Assembly: GCA_002189035.1 (NCBI GenBank)
Contig: NEEC01000008.1
Span: 1,612,001-1,676,000, forward strand
Reading direction: 5' to 3'
Length of the DNA: 64,000 bases
Source of the DNA: Utricularia gibba
Lineage: Eukaryota; Plantae; Magnoliophyta
The translations under genes were made by a program, and so were the position numbers. Each line of letters starts with the position of its first letter. Positions within the stretch are counted from its first letter, which is position 1. The notes under the pieces are model-generated. The model did no database searches. It saw only the letters and a program-made list of their open reading frames with translations, and was not told the origin of the DNA. This document shows positions 48,614 to 61,998 of this stretch, piece after piece.

Positions 48614-49651
48614 ATGTCTGAACTCATTGAAGGTCTTCCAGATGCTATAGTATTAAGATGCCTTGCACGGCTTCCCTTCCATCTTCACCCCAATTTACAA
48701 CTCGTTTCTCGTTCTTGGAGGGAAGCTATTTATGGTGCTGAACTTTTCAGAGCACGCCGAGAGGTCAATGCCACTGAGGAATTCATATGTGTGTGTGCCT
48801 ATGACCCGGACAATCTTTGGCAGCTTTATGATCCTCGTCATGACCTTTGGATCACTATTCCTGTGCTTCCATCAAGCATTAAGCACCTTGCACACTTTGG
48901 CACCGTTTCTGCTGCAGGAAAGCTGTATGTACTTGGTGGAGGAAGTGATGCTGTGGACCCATTGACCGGAGACCAAGATGGATGCTTTGCAACTGATGAG
49001 GTCTGGTCATATGATCCTCGTACTAGGAAGTGGGCTTCCTGTGCTTCTATGATAGTCCCCCGAGCGATGTTTGCTTGCTGTGTCTTGGATGAGAAGATAA
49101 TTGTAGCTGGTGGTTTTACGAACTCAAGGAAGTCAATATCTAATGCTGAGATATATGACTCAGAAAAGGATCTATGGATCCCCATACCTGATCTCCATCA
49201 CACACACAATTCCGCATGCACTGGACTAGTTATCAAGGGTAAAGTTCATATCTTGCACAAGGGATTGTCAACCGTGCAAGTGTTGGAAAACATTAAGCAA
49301 GGATGGACAGTTCGTGATTGCAGTTGGCATCAAGGTCCAATGGCGGTTGTTAGGGATAAGCTATACATAATGAGCCATGGACAAATCTACAAGCAGGAAG
49401 AGGATTCATACAAGATAGTTGTGTCAGCGTCTGATTTCCGCAGAAAGATTGGCTTTGCCATGATCGGTTCAGGAGATGATATCTATGTCATCGGAGGTGT
49501 GATTGGCCCAGACAGGCTGAACTGGGACATCGAGTCTACCTCAGACATCGATGTGCTAACACTTAGAAATGAGAGATACGTCTGGCGTCAGGTGGCACCA
49601 ATGACCAAGTGCCGGGGAACAGTTCTTGGATGTACACTACTCAGATTCTAG
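48614..49651 (+). CDS. SKIP30: F-box/kelch-repeat protein SKIP30-like
   Basis: F-box LIEGLPDAIVLRCLARLP..VSRSW, kelch repeats (GKLYVLGGGSDAVDPLTGDQDG..WSYDP, PRAMFACC..IIVAGGF); intronless CDS. Confidence 0.88.
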   Translation: MSELIEGLPDAIVLRCLARLPFHLHPNLQLVSRSWREAIYGAELFRARREVNATEEFICVCAYDPDNLWQLYDPRHDLWITIPVLPSSIKHLAHFGTVSAAGKLYVLGGGSDAVDPLTGDQDGCFATDEVWSYDPRTRKWASCASMIVPRAMFACCVLDEKIIVAGGFTNSRKSISNAEIYDSEKDLWIPIPDLHHTHNSACTGLVIKGKVHILHKGLSTVQVLENIKQGWTVRDCSWHQGPMAVVRDKLYIMSHGQIYKQEEDSYKIVVSASDFRRKIGFAMIGSGDDIYVIGGVIGPDRLNWDIESTSDIDVLTLRNERYVWRQVAPMTKCRGTVLGCTLLRF

Positions 49652-50406
49652 TATTGGAGATATGTTTTAGCAAAGGGATGTCGCTTCCTGCTACTGGTTT
49701 GTCAATTGCCGAGTAGTTGGACCTGCGTTTTTGCATGTACACTTCTTGAATAGGAACATGCAATACATTTCACTTAGGTTGTCATTCCAATTAGTTACAG
49801 AGAATCAGACTTTGTTATCAGTGATTGATTTTGTGTCTGTCCTCTCCTTCGTATGAGAAAGCACAGCTTCATCTTGTTCTTTGCTTTCCTTGTTGAATGA
49901 TAAATCTGTTACCAGAATCAGAAAAAAAATCCTCCTCTCACAAATATTGCTTGCTATCCGGAACAATATTAGCATGGCTGCTCAAAAGAGCTGGGGAATA
50001 CCCTTGATGATTGCTTCACATACTTATTTCCATGTGTTCTATTTTATATGCACTGTGCACTTGCTGCTTTTGATATGTATTTCAGAAAACTTTAAGCGAA
50101 AAATCCATGATGAGGAATAAAGGGGAATAGGAAGTTGCATTGGTCAAGACATGGAATGGAGTGTCGTGTGCTCCAATTGACAAAGGTGTCTCCACTCTTT
50201 TTGGGTAAGAAGCTTTGGACATTGACCCCATACCAGGAAAACTTGTCTTTTATTTAATGCTTATAGTGATACTCATAAATAGTACTTCTAATTACAATAT
50301 CAAGACAGTGAGCGTTCAGAGAACAGTGCAGAACACTCCTGTCCAAGTCCTTCCAACCCTCACCTAACAGCAGGAGGGATCAGGGGAACCATATCATTTC
50401 CTTCTT

Positions 50407-50675
50407 ATGGATTGGCTTCACCTTGTTCTGTCTCCATTGAAGAAGCTCTTCAGTCGGCGTCAGGCTTCCAAACGAGCCCGTAGCTTTGCATTATATCCAT
50501 CCATGCTCATGTTTTGAGAGTTTGCCATCTTTTCTTTCTAATGACTAAAGGCGTTTTGTGCTGCTGTCTATCAGGACAAGGAATGCATGCTCTGTATGAA
50601 GATGTGAAGTCGTGTTCTTGTGAAGATGTTCAAGCTTTGTGGATCCTTCTCCTTCAGTCTGGTGCTAAAGAGTAG
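50407..50675 (+). CDS. 57-aa two-exon conserved small plant protein of unknown function
   Basis: Exons 50407-50479 and 50575-50675 with a 95-nt GT-AG intron give MDWLHLVLSPLKKLFSRRQASKRARQGMHALYEDVKSCSCEDVQALWILLLQSGAKE. This matches a remembered plant family pattern (W...SP.K+ ... LYEDV+SC.YEDV..LW). Confidence 0.75.
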
Positions 50676-50889
50676 AGAATAAGCAGATGAAAGGGCTCTG
50701 AAATCCTCTCATCCCTCTTGCTCTTTCTGCTTCTTCTTTGCTGAGACTGTGGTGTGGGCTGGCCGTGTCCGACTCTTCTCTCAAGGAAGTGTTATTATTG
50801 GCTATTTTTTATCAGTGAAATAAAAATAGAACAACTCTAGTTCTTCAAGAGGCCATTTGATCAACGTGACAAAGCTTAAAGTTGTGAAA

Positions 50890-51046
50890 CATGGGCCGAA
50901 GTCCGATGAGGCCGATAGATGGGCCCGGTGAAAGCCCAAATTAAATGGGCCAAACTCATCTAGTTGTAAATTGGCTAATGGGGCGACGTTCGATGAGCCC
51001 ATTTACCAGCGACGATTAGCATTCGTAACATCGGCCCTAGGGTTTG
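50890..51046 (+). promoter_or_regulatory. Site II plus telo-box ribosomal-protein promoter
   Basis: Three tgggcc and two agccca, followed by tagggttt, just upstream of RPS24. Confidence 0.7.
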
Positions 51047-51214
51047 TTTTTTTTTATCGTGGTGGGAGAATTAGGACGCAGGCGACGCACGGCGGAGCTA
51101 CGGCAGCTGAAGGCGGATCAAGAGTCTTCGTAGGTTGCGCTTTTGAAATTGACTGTTTCTCGTTTGTTTTTACCTTCATTCTCTGGCTGTTGATTGTATT
51201 TCTGTAAGCAGTAA

Positions 51215-52231
51215 ATGGCAGACAAAGCGGTTACCATTAGGACAAGGAAGTTTATGACAAATCGCCTCCTCTCCAGGAAGCAATTTGTATGGCTGAATAT
51301 GTTGTTTTTATCATCTCGTTAATATTTCGCTTTTACGTGCTTGTGGTTCCATTTACATTCGGTTTTCTTGGGCGATTCTTTAGGTCATTGATGTGCTGCA
51401 TCCTGGACGGCCTAATGTTTCCAAGGTTCTTTTTTTTTTTTTCATTGTTTTGGTCGCCAGTGAATGTAATTTTGGGATATATTGTTTTCTGATGTGAAGT
51501 TGAATAAAGAGTGTATTTATGCTACTCTGCAGGCAGAATTGAAGGAGAAGTTGGCTAGAATTTACGAGGTCAAGGATCCCAATTCAATTTTTGTGTTCAA
51601 GTTCAGAACACACTTTGGGGGTGGCAAATCAACTGGTTTTGGCTTGATATATGACTCCGTCGAGAACGCAAAGAAGTATGAGCCTAAATACAGGCTTATC
51701 AGGGTGCGTTCTCTAACTAACCTAGTCATAGATCGCCGCTGAATAGCGTCTCCTTTTCTCAAATCTATGCATCTCCTCTGGCATTCATGGTCCATACTGG
51801 TAGTTTGAAAAATCTGTTTTGTTGGCCGCCCCCTTTCGATTCTATTGATGCGCATCTCCTCAATTACCTGTCGTGTATTGATTTTCCTGTTTACAATTTC
51901 ATTTTTGGAACTGCATGATATGACGCAGAATGGACTGGATACCAAGGTTGAGAAATCCAGGAAACAGATGAAGGAACGCAAGAACAGAACAAAGAAAATC
52001 CGCGGTGTCAAAAAGGTACACATTTTCTGCCTACTAACCCACTACTACTACGCCAAGCCATTCCCACCTCGATGCTTTCCCTGCAATCAATACCTTTTCA
52101 TGGCTCTGTTGCAAAGAACCAACGATCGAACGCGAACGATGTTTATGTGACCTCCGTTACCTAATGAAGCGCTCTCTTTATGTGCGCAGACGAAGGCAAG
52201 TGATGCCTCCAAGACTGGCAAGAAGAAATGA
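51215..52231 (+). CDS. RPS24: 40S ribosomal protein S24 (eS24), 5 coding exons
   Basis: [24 protein letters not shown]|[14 protein letters not shown]|[45 protein letters not shown]|[20 protein letters not shown]. Confidence 0.98.
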
Positions 52232-52476
52232 GGTTCTTGTCATTCTGCTTGACAATCGGCAGTTTCTTTGACGAGTTTGTTTTTTGAAAGACGAATTTCA
52301 TCTTTGCTGGGCAATTCACTAGCACTTTTTTTTCTTCTGGTTGTAACTGAAGGAAATCCCCATTTCATTTGCTATTGCGTGCTCCACCACAAAACACAGA
52401 AATCAATCAATCGATGCTCAATGGTGTCTGTCACCCAAGGTCATAAAAAAGGGTTGATTACAAGGAAATCCCCATT

Positions 52477-53642
<1,166 letters not shown>

Positions 53643-53738
53643 GGCTGCCGCGCTTGCGATGAGCCAAAAGAAATATGAAGGAAACCTCGCCTTCTCCTCC
53701 CGCTGTTCGGTTTTGTTCATGTAATGGCCCAAGTATTC

Positions 53739-53773
53739 AAATAATAATAAAATAATAATAATAATAATAATAA
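53739..53773. repeat. Interrupted (AAT)n microsatellite in the WDR5B promoter
   Basis: aaataataataaaataataataataataataataa. Confidence 0.8.
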
Positions 53774-54103
53774 AACAGTAATAACCCAATAATTGCCACG
53801 AATTCAAGGTACCAATAATAACACACGCTGCTGCTCCATCTCTGCAATCAATCCGAGCTCAAAATCCACTCCTGTTATCAGATCGCGTAATGCTCCCCAT
53901 CCACATCTCATCTGCGGGATGCTGAATGATGGAACAATAGGCTCCTCGAGTGGGTCGAATGATTGGGCAGGTCCTGTACGGCGAGCATTTTATTGTACTG
54001 TACTCATGACCTGAAGCCACCAGGGAGGGGCAGTAAGCAATTCAGAGAAGCATTCCAAGAGAATTCCTGCAAAAAGAGATAGTACGGAGAGCACCTCGAT
54101 TCG

Positions 54104-56993
54104 TTAGAAGTAATCGACTTCGTCGGAGCTTTCTATGTGAACCCCGGAAGCGGCATTAAGATTGAACTCGTCAACCTGGTCGCTGCTGCTGTAGCTGCTG
54201 TAAGATGAACTTGTGGAGGAGCTGGTGCCGCCGCTACTGGCATCACTATTACTGGTGTCACTCACAACCATGGGATCTCCCATGCACCTGATCAGGGGGC
54301 ACGGAGGCTTCTTACGCATTTAAGACAAAATTGATAGCAGTTAAAGGCAATATTGAAGAGATTTTGCTACCCTTCTTCTGCTGGGAACTCGGAGACCACG
54401 AGTAAATTGGGTCTAGACTCCAGTACCTCAGCCAATGAATCAAGGCTGCATTTCTTTGGCTTTTAGAAGACTTTAATTGCGAGCTGGTTTAAATAAAAAA
54501 AGATTGTTGTTACCATGGGGTGTAAGCACGGCGATACCAATCACTATCAGTTGCCAGACCTTCTCGATTGGATATATCCTGTTATAGGAAGGAAAGGGCT
54601 AGGAAATACTGAGTGGATACCGTGGAGAGCAATGAGCAAGAGTTGTATCAAGCTTACAAGGAGCCTGAGATGTTTGAAGCGTCCGGAAAGAATCGCAGCC
54701 AATAGGCGTGAAACTTCTCCCTGGATGGGAAAGAAAAGTCAGTGAAATTAGTGTAACGGACAAATTGGCAAGCCAGTTATAGTTAGATCCTCACTTCTTT
54801 CAAATGCATACAGTCACGAAGATTTATGACCTCAAGCAAACTTCCACCAGAACTGCCTCCAAGATTCCTTCAAGTATGCAACGCATCCAAATAAAATTGA
54901 CCCGGAGAAAAGATAAAAGTTAATTGTGTGCTTTAAGCAATATTAAACATACTTGAGGAAGTCTCCACTGAATGAGTAAGATCCTGACAAGTCAACATAC
55001 TTTAATCTGCGAAATCCCTGCACAGACATAATATTTGAAAGATGACTTTGCTATAATGCAACTTTGCTATCATAATAACAGTAACCAAACCTTGAGAAGC
55101 ACGCGAATTTTGCTATCATGCAACTTAAATCCTCTGAGTGACAAAGATGACATATTTGGGCAATTCTTTACCAGATCAACACAAGCCGGTAACTTGAGAC
55201 TGTCATCTCTACCTGAGAGCATAAAGTACATTGCAATTATTTTTCCTTCATAAGAAGCTTGCTGATAGAGCTTCTTTAAAAGTACCTGTTTTGGTAGACA
55301 CAAAATATAGGCGCTCTATTAAATGGCAAGAGCTACTCACTGATCGCAGCGTATAGCTCAACTCGACCAGACTGATAAAAAAAAAAGATAAAATCCTTAT
55401 CAGCGCATGAACTTGTCTACCATAAAATTACGTAGTAGCAAAAACAAAACCAAAACTACGTGTGCATTAAATTATACATTAACTAAACTACTGATCATCC
55501 CATGAAAAAAGTTTTGAATGAACATCTAGATGTAACCAAAAATAAAAATGAATTTCAACTTAGCAAGCAACAAATGATACTCACAGTCCAATGATTTCCA
55601 GATCTATCAAAGAAGGGCAGGCTGATAATGCAGCATCAAGTGCCGCATTGTCTATTCTCTCAATATTATAAAGATGCAATCTTCTGAGTAACGCCCTTGA
55701 AGAAGAGAAAGCTCATAATTATTAAAAAAGTTTCCGAATATTCTCAGAATTTTTATAAAGAAACATTCAATCGCTGTACAGAGTGAAAGAAGTAACTCTT
55801 ACCCTGGAGCATGCCCATTAACACCAATCAGTGGAGCTAAGCAAGATCTACTGAGTTCCTTTCCCTGCCTAGATCTTTTATCATTCCATGAAAACCCAGA
55901 TGACAATGACGAACGGAGACAGTGACGAACACCCAGTTTCAGGGACCTAAGAATATAGAAAAAATTCAGCACATGCAAACCCTGCAGAGCATCTTACTAG
56001 CATGAAATCCACATGCATCTTTCACAGCGTGCGCAAATATGGATGTGTTCAAAATCTAGATAAGAAAGAGACACTTATTTGAATAATAGCATGAAAAAGG
56101 TGCCTGGACTGAGCTTAACCAACCCAGGACTGTAAAAATGAAAGTAAAGATTTCCGAAGAAGCTGGATTGTTTACCGAAGGGATTTTCCAGATCGTTCAA
56201 TCATACTTGAAACTATAAGATTATTTACTTTTGGCCCCGTGGTAATCAAATCAATATTTGAATAGCACATTGGGTCAGCAGCACATTTCTGGAAAAAAGA
56301 GCACGTAGCCGCGGCATAACATACACTCTGGGTGTCCAGCATTGAAAATACCTGCAAGGTAGCTTCCAAGACATCAAAATGATTCCATGCTGAAAATAAC
56401 AGTGCCGGAAAAAAAAAAGAGACTTTCGTGGATAATCATACACAGAAAAATTAGACTGTGGATATTATCGAATGAAAATCATCCAGGCCCATTGAGCAGG
56501 AAAAATATCTCCAAATAGAAACTCGAAGCATATTTGTAGTCGGAAATCCAGATATGAGTCATTGCACTGAATCTCGCAACGCACCAAGGACATCGCGAAT
56601 TACGCATATCTATTGCAGAGTCACATATAGTACCTTGATGGTGAGATCAGAAGGCAAAGCCCAAACATCAGCATTGTGCATGGACGCTCGTTTCATGGCA
56701 GACCGTCTAGCGACCTCAGTGAGCATCGATCCAAGGCGGATTGCACGTTGGATGACATCTTCTTTCTCGGAATCACAAATCCTAGATTCTATAATTCTCT
56801 CGAAGGAGAGATCGAAAGCAATCGCCGATGAATCTGAAAGATCAAGAAACGATTCCAAAAGCGCGTCCAATGGATTCGCGTTCTGGATTCGATTCGAAGA
56901 ATCCTGTAAAGACGAAGAAGAGCAGCAAGTTCGCTTGACCTTCGACTTGGTTCCGGAATCCTCGCCGCGTGGAAGATGTATACCGCCGTCCAT
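54104..56993 (-). CDS. SKIP17: F-box/LRR protein SKIP17-like, ~8 exons
   Basis: NPLDALLESFLDLSDS..DLSFERIIESR..KRASMHN..WALPSDLTIK|VFSMLDTQSVCYAAATC, then LRR-like exons (LRRLHLYNIERID, CPNMSSLSLRGFKL) and an acidic Ser-rich end. All introns traced were GT-AG. Confidence 0.82.
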
Positions 56994-57589
56994 CACTAGT
57001 TGCAACTGCGGGATTCTCTTATTCCCCTGCTGTTCACTTACCCCCTTTCTCAGTCACAGCTCCTGAAACCATAATCAATGGACGGGAACTTTTTCTTTTT
57101 TTCCCTTTTTTCTAGAGGAAAAGTAACGACGGGACTATCATATGCGCCAATGCCAATACGCACGTGTTAACTAGCAACGAAACGCCGTTGTATCATTCCC
57201 TCCTCCAGTCCTACGTGTACCAGGGAAAATGAATTCCGGCCCATATTAAAAAGCAAAAAAGACACTCTATCCAACTTATTTTTAATTATAAATCATAAGA
57301 ATCTAGAGATTAGATCAAAAAAATAGGACTTTATAAAGTATTTATTTGAAAACCACTGTTTTCCGAGTAAATTTAATTTAGAACATGATTGAATACTTGT
57401 TTTTTAAAAAAGTAATATTTTTAAAAAATATGACTATAATTAAATTATATTTTTTCATTTTTTTAATGCCCGTGATTTTTAGAACACAGACCTCAACAAG
57501 CTAATGAGGCGAGTTACACCTGGATTCACACTTCGTAGGGATGGAGCAGGGGAAACAAGCTACCGAGCGAACACTCGGATTATGGTGTT

Positions 57590-58696
57590 TCACATACAGT
57601 ATAAACAGAAGGCGAAAAAGGCAGCAATGCTTCCCAGGATCCAGAGTTTATCTAACCTGTTTTCATACCGCATCTTCTCCTCCCTGAGCTCGCTCTGAAC
57701 TTTGGAGTAGAGATGGCAGGACTCCAATGCTGCACTGTAGTCCTTGCTACGAGGGCAGCTCAGAGCTTCATTCAGGACAACAAGGCTGTTCCGGCCGTTG
57801 ACATGGGAGCCTTCCATGTCTCCGAGTTGCATACTGAGCTCCGTCAAACTGAGGGTCATCTGTGTGCCTTGGTTTTCGCTGAGAACCACTTTGAACTTCA
57901 TCATGAGAATGCATTCCACCAGTTGGCAGGGGAGGATGTCTTTTGCCGGGAGGACGGAACCAAAGCGTATCAAGAAATCTTTATCAGTTGGCCAATGTCT
58001 CTGTCCTCCGATGGGACTCCAGCTAGAGAGGTTAGCAGCCTTCTTGGTTCTTCTGTTGACGAGGATCCAGCTCAACCTGATCCCATCTCGAAGCTCTTGC
58101 CATAGCTTTCCATCTTTTCTTTCTTGCTCGAGGGACCATATTGGGGGCAGCCCTTCGGAAGGTGAAAGTGTGGCTTCATCTGACTGATCATCCTCTCGAG
58201 CAGAGTATGCAAGAAGATCAATCCGAAAAGGGCAGCTGTAAAACCATCCATTTGAGCCGTTGGCATTGGGAATACCCCAGAGGACTTTTGAACAAACTGC
58301 TTTGTCTTTGTATCTGATATCCACGACAGAGACAAAATCGGAAGGTGAAATATTTTCACATTCATCTTCATCAATGTAGCCCACGGCTTCAGCCAATTCT
58401 TCAGGGCATTCGGAGTATTCTCTCAACTGAAATTCCTGAACCTCTTTGTTCACTATGAGGGGAAAACAGTCTGCATAAAATTTTTTGAACCCTCCAATGG
58501 AACAGATCATGTTCTTGACATCGTCTCGGTTGGTTGAAGGCCACATGGATGAACACACATTCTCCCATAATCTTTCTTCTTTAGAGATAGTATAGAATGC
58601 TTCACATGCACAAGCAGCAGTGGCCAAGCTAGCACCATCAAGACGCTTGAGGATGTCATAACAAAGGTCACTGCTCAACGAACCCATAGTATCCAT
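57590..58696 (-). CDS. F-box protein (At1g60180/At2g27310-like family), intronless CDS with a 5'-UTR intron
   Basis: LSSDLCYDILKRLDGASLATAACAC..LWENVCSSMWPST, FYADCFP, DFVSVVDIRYK, LSWILVN..AANLSSWSP. First in-frame ATG is at 58696 (the ORF-track start is TTG). Confidence 0.85.
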   Translation of the reverse strand: MDTMGSLSSDLCYDILKRLDGASLATAACACEAFYTISKEERLWENVCSSMWPSTNRDDVKNMICSIGGFKKFYADCFPLIVNKEVQEFQLREYSECPEELAEAVGYIDEDECENISPSDFVSVVDIRYKDKAVCSKVLWGIPNANGSNGWFYSCPFRIDLLAYSAREDDQSDEATLSPSEGLPPIWSLEQERKDGKLWQELRDGIRLSWILVNRRTKKAANLSSWSPIGGQRHWPTDKDFLIRFGSVLPAKDILPCQLVECILMMKFKVVLSENQGTQMTLSLTELSMQLGDMEGSHVNGRNSLVVLNEALSCPRSKDYSAALESCHLYSKVQSELREEKMRYENRLDKLWILGSIAAFFAFCLYCM

Positions 58697-60149
58697 CGAT
58701 GAAATGGAGATTATCTCCAAGTACCCAGGAAAGCGGAATCAGAAAGATTGCATCAATCAACCTGAGATGAAGAGGACAAAAGAGATGCAAGCAAGTTCAG
58801 TATTATCACAACTGTAGAAGCATGAGGCAGATATAGGTGGTTGACCCAAGTAGTAAGGATCTGAAGGAAAAAACTTCGATTCCCACCAACGGCATCTATC
58901 TGGGGAATCTACATTAGGAAAACGAATAAATAAATGGCATAAATCATGACATAACACCTAAGCAATGAAGGATTCCTTCTCTGTTAGCAATCTCTCGCAA
59001 CAGTCCAAGTTACTTCCAAATTCCATTTGAGTGTTAAAGAAAAGGATAAAGGTAACTAGTTTTGGTTCAATAACAGATCCTTCATTGCAAAAAATGGAGT
59101 TAGCAGGTGAAACCGATCAAAACTTGCCCCAATGATTAGCACAGAAAAGAAAAAAAAAAACAAATACTCCCCAAGTCGACAACTCGACAAAGGGAAAAAT
59201 TAAAGCAACAAAGCGAACAAAGCAAAATCAAATCGGACACCCCCTCGACAACCAGAGCCAAAATCACTCTTACACACCACCAATTTCGAGTAAAACATCC
59301 GCTAAAATCCCATAACATCGAAAACCAAACCAAGAGAACGGCCTCAAGCTACCGTGAAAAGGAAATAATACCTGAGAAATTAGACACAAGATCTTCTCCG
59401 CATTCACCAAAATGGCGAGAGGCGTCTAGAAAGAGAGTCAAAAGCGAGTCAGTTCGAAGAAATGCAGCCTTCAACGGAAATTCTTCGGGTTTAGAGGGGC
59501 CCCGGCTCGTCCTCTCGGACACCTGTCAATTCTCATTCCGCCGGTTGCCGATTCAAAGGTATTTCTTTTTTTCTTTTTAACAAAAAAAAAAATCGTTAAA
59601 TACTCCCGTTGGAAGGAGGAAACGACGCTCACAAAAATAATTGGTAAATAATTTCCGTGCCCTAATTCAATTTCCTGAAAATAATTGATATAATCTTTTA
59701 GCTGTAAAATAGCTACAGTGTAATTATTAATATTTAGCAACATAATCAACAAATAAATTAATAAATAAATAAATGCATATACTAGTGTATAATGTACGGT
59801 TCTGTGTATCCCCACGACTATGCAATAAACACACTTTAATGTACTTCCCCCCAAATAAATGTTCATCAATATTCATTATTCGCAGGCGGTCGGACTTATT
59901 TGACCCGGAATGGGTCCACCCGGTTTGAATCATTTCAGCCCATTTATTTACCTAGGGCGGAATACCCGGGTGTCACCTATCCCCTACTCGCTTCCTACTC
60001 ATACCAACTCCATTTTGGATCAATTAGAAATGAAGCAATATGTGTCAGATATTATGTAATAAAATTGGACACTTTAGAATGTAATTTTTTAATTAAATAT
60101 GTGAAAGAGAGTATACAAATAACCTTTTATAAATGACTCAATCAATATT

Positions 60150-60320
60150 CTAGAAAATTTTTGAAATCTGTTTTTACTTCTCCAAATTATTTAAAATAAA
60201 ATAAAATTAAGAAGTAAAATTAAATAACTAATTACTTTTTCAAAAATAACTTTTATAGTATAATTTTAAAAATTATTTTTATTTCAAAAAAGTAAAAATA
60301 GATTTTAAAAATTTTATACA
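60150..60320. mobile_element. Internally deleted copy of the 30398-30630 foldback MITE
   Basis: gaaaatttttgaaatctgtttttact..aaataac...ttttatag.tataatttt.aaaattattttt..aaaagtaaaaatagattttaaaaatttt is collinear with the 30.4-kb element. Confidence 0.6.
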
Positions 60321-60431
60321 TCACTTCTTCATTTTACATGATGCAACTCTACTCTTTCTACATCGGATGCATCACTCTTAAATCCAATTCAAGCCATTCA
60401 CCTTATAGCATGAGTTGTCGTTTTTTATTTA

Positions 60432-60770
60432 GGGAGTGTTTGATAGGTTTGTTTAACTGTTTAAATATACGGATATTAATAATAATGTATTTTTGATAAA
60501 TTAATTTAATAATATATGATCCTTTTACAAAACTAATGTAAAACACTACGAATTAGATATTTCAAAACTCAACTTTTATATGAATTTTGCTAAACAATCT
60601 AACGTATAAAGTATTTGTTTTAAAAATATTTACTAAATATAATACTATTTCAAACTCATATATTCAAAACATACGTATCAAATAAACTTTATTCTTAATT
60701 ATATAATACACATTTATCTAAATATAAATAACTCAAATATCTTATTAGTTATACGATCCTATCAAACATA
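60432..60770. mobile_element. ~340-bp MITE, copy B
   Basis: Perfect 11-bp TIR tgtttgatagg (60437-60447) / cctatcaaaca (60758-60768); interior homologous to 45512-45853. Confidence 0.72.
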
Positions 60771-60982
60771 TTTTTTTATAAAAAATATAATAATTATTAA
60801 AATTTGATTTTTGCACTTACGATGTTGAGTTTTAAAATTTGAAATTATTTATATTCCTTTAAATTTAGCTCGAACATCCATCCCTCATCAAGCAATGAAA
60901 AAAGTCAGTGGGTGTATAGGGATGGGTCATAAGGTCATGTCACGGGGGGCAACAATATGTGCATGGTGGCATATGCAAAATA

Positions 60983-61000
60983 ATATATATATATATATAT
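60983..61000. repeat. (AT)n microsatellite
   Basis: About 9 AT units. Confidence 0.8.
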
Positions 61001-61750
61001 TATAAAATAAAAGCTAGATATTTATCATGATGATACGGACAGGTATCATTGGGAAGATAGAAATATCTTTGCTGTGAAAAGGGCCGTGTTGCCTACCAGG
61101 CCCATAATATGCAAGGCTAGGCCCAGAGATGCTATCAATGGATCTTGTAGGACCCGCACCACCTTGGGTTCAACCGGGTTGATCCAATATGGACTCCTAC
61201 GGGTCAACACAAAAAATCTTTTTTTTTGTTTTTCAGATTTTTTAATAATATATGTATGTATTATTATTTGAAAGAATAAAAACATTTTGATTCGGAATAA
61301 TACCTGTTTTTGTTATTAATTTTCCACAAAATATTTTTAGAAATGTGTGTATTTTTAATTAAAATATTTTTTAATTTGGAATTGGAAACAATGAATATTA
61401 AATTGATGCTCCTTTGATTTGCCATATTTAAATAAATAAAATGGATAAAATTCAATCTATTTATTTCCTATGGATAGTAAATAGTGAAATTCTATCATAA
61501 AACTATCCAAACCCGCCCATGATGTTTCAATTTCGTGACGGGAAGGCGAGCGACAGAGTTGATGGCGGAATAAAATTGGCCCACCTCCAATTTCTCCGGC
61601 GGCCTCCCTCCGAGAGACACGGTGGATCGGAAGATGGATGTAAACGGGACACTTCCTCGCTTCCCACGTATCGCTGGAAAGGGACGCCATTGTCGCAAAC
61701 TTCGAGCCTGGAAACTTCACATGTAACTTGTTCTTCGTCATTTAGTACCG

Positions 61751-61932
61751 ATGCTGGGACCCTGTTTTGTCCTTGTCTGGCTTCTGCAGTAACTCCATGC
61801 TCTTTCTGACTCCATATTGAGGGGCGCTTTTCCTTGGGGTTATTTCGCGTCTGCAAAAGTAAGACAAACGGTGAGAGGATTCTGCCGATGCTGGGACTGA
61901 GCTACTTCTCTTGGACTGGAGTGAAAAGTTGA
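61751..61932 (+). promoter_or_regulatory. Two candidate uORFs in the leader of the DUF21/CBS gene
   Basis: 61751-61792 reads MLGPCFVLVWLLQ* and 61888-61932 reads MLGLSYFSWTGVKS*. Both start with ccgATGCTGGGA. Confidence 0.4.
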
Positions 61933-61998
61933 TAGTAAAATAACCCCTCAATAAGGACTGAACAGTTTTGAAACTGACGGTGAAAGGATTCTGCCGCG

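Noticed and set aside
59880-59990. GC-rich gacccg/cgggt patch as a hAT remnant like 22361-22572
   Set aside because: Too short and no terminal repeat visible.
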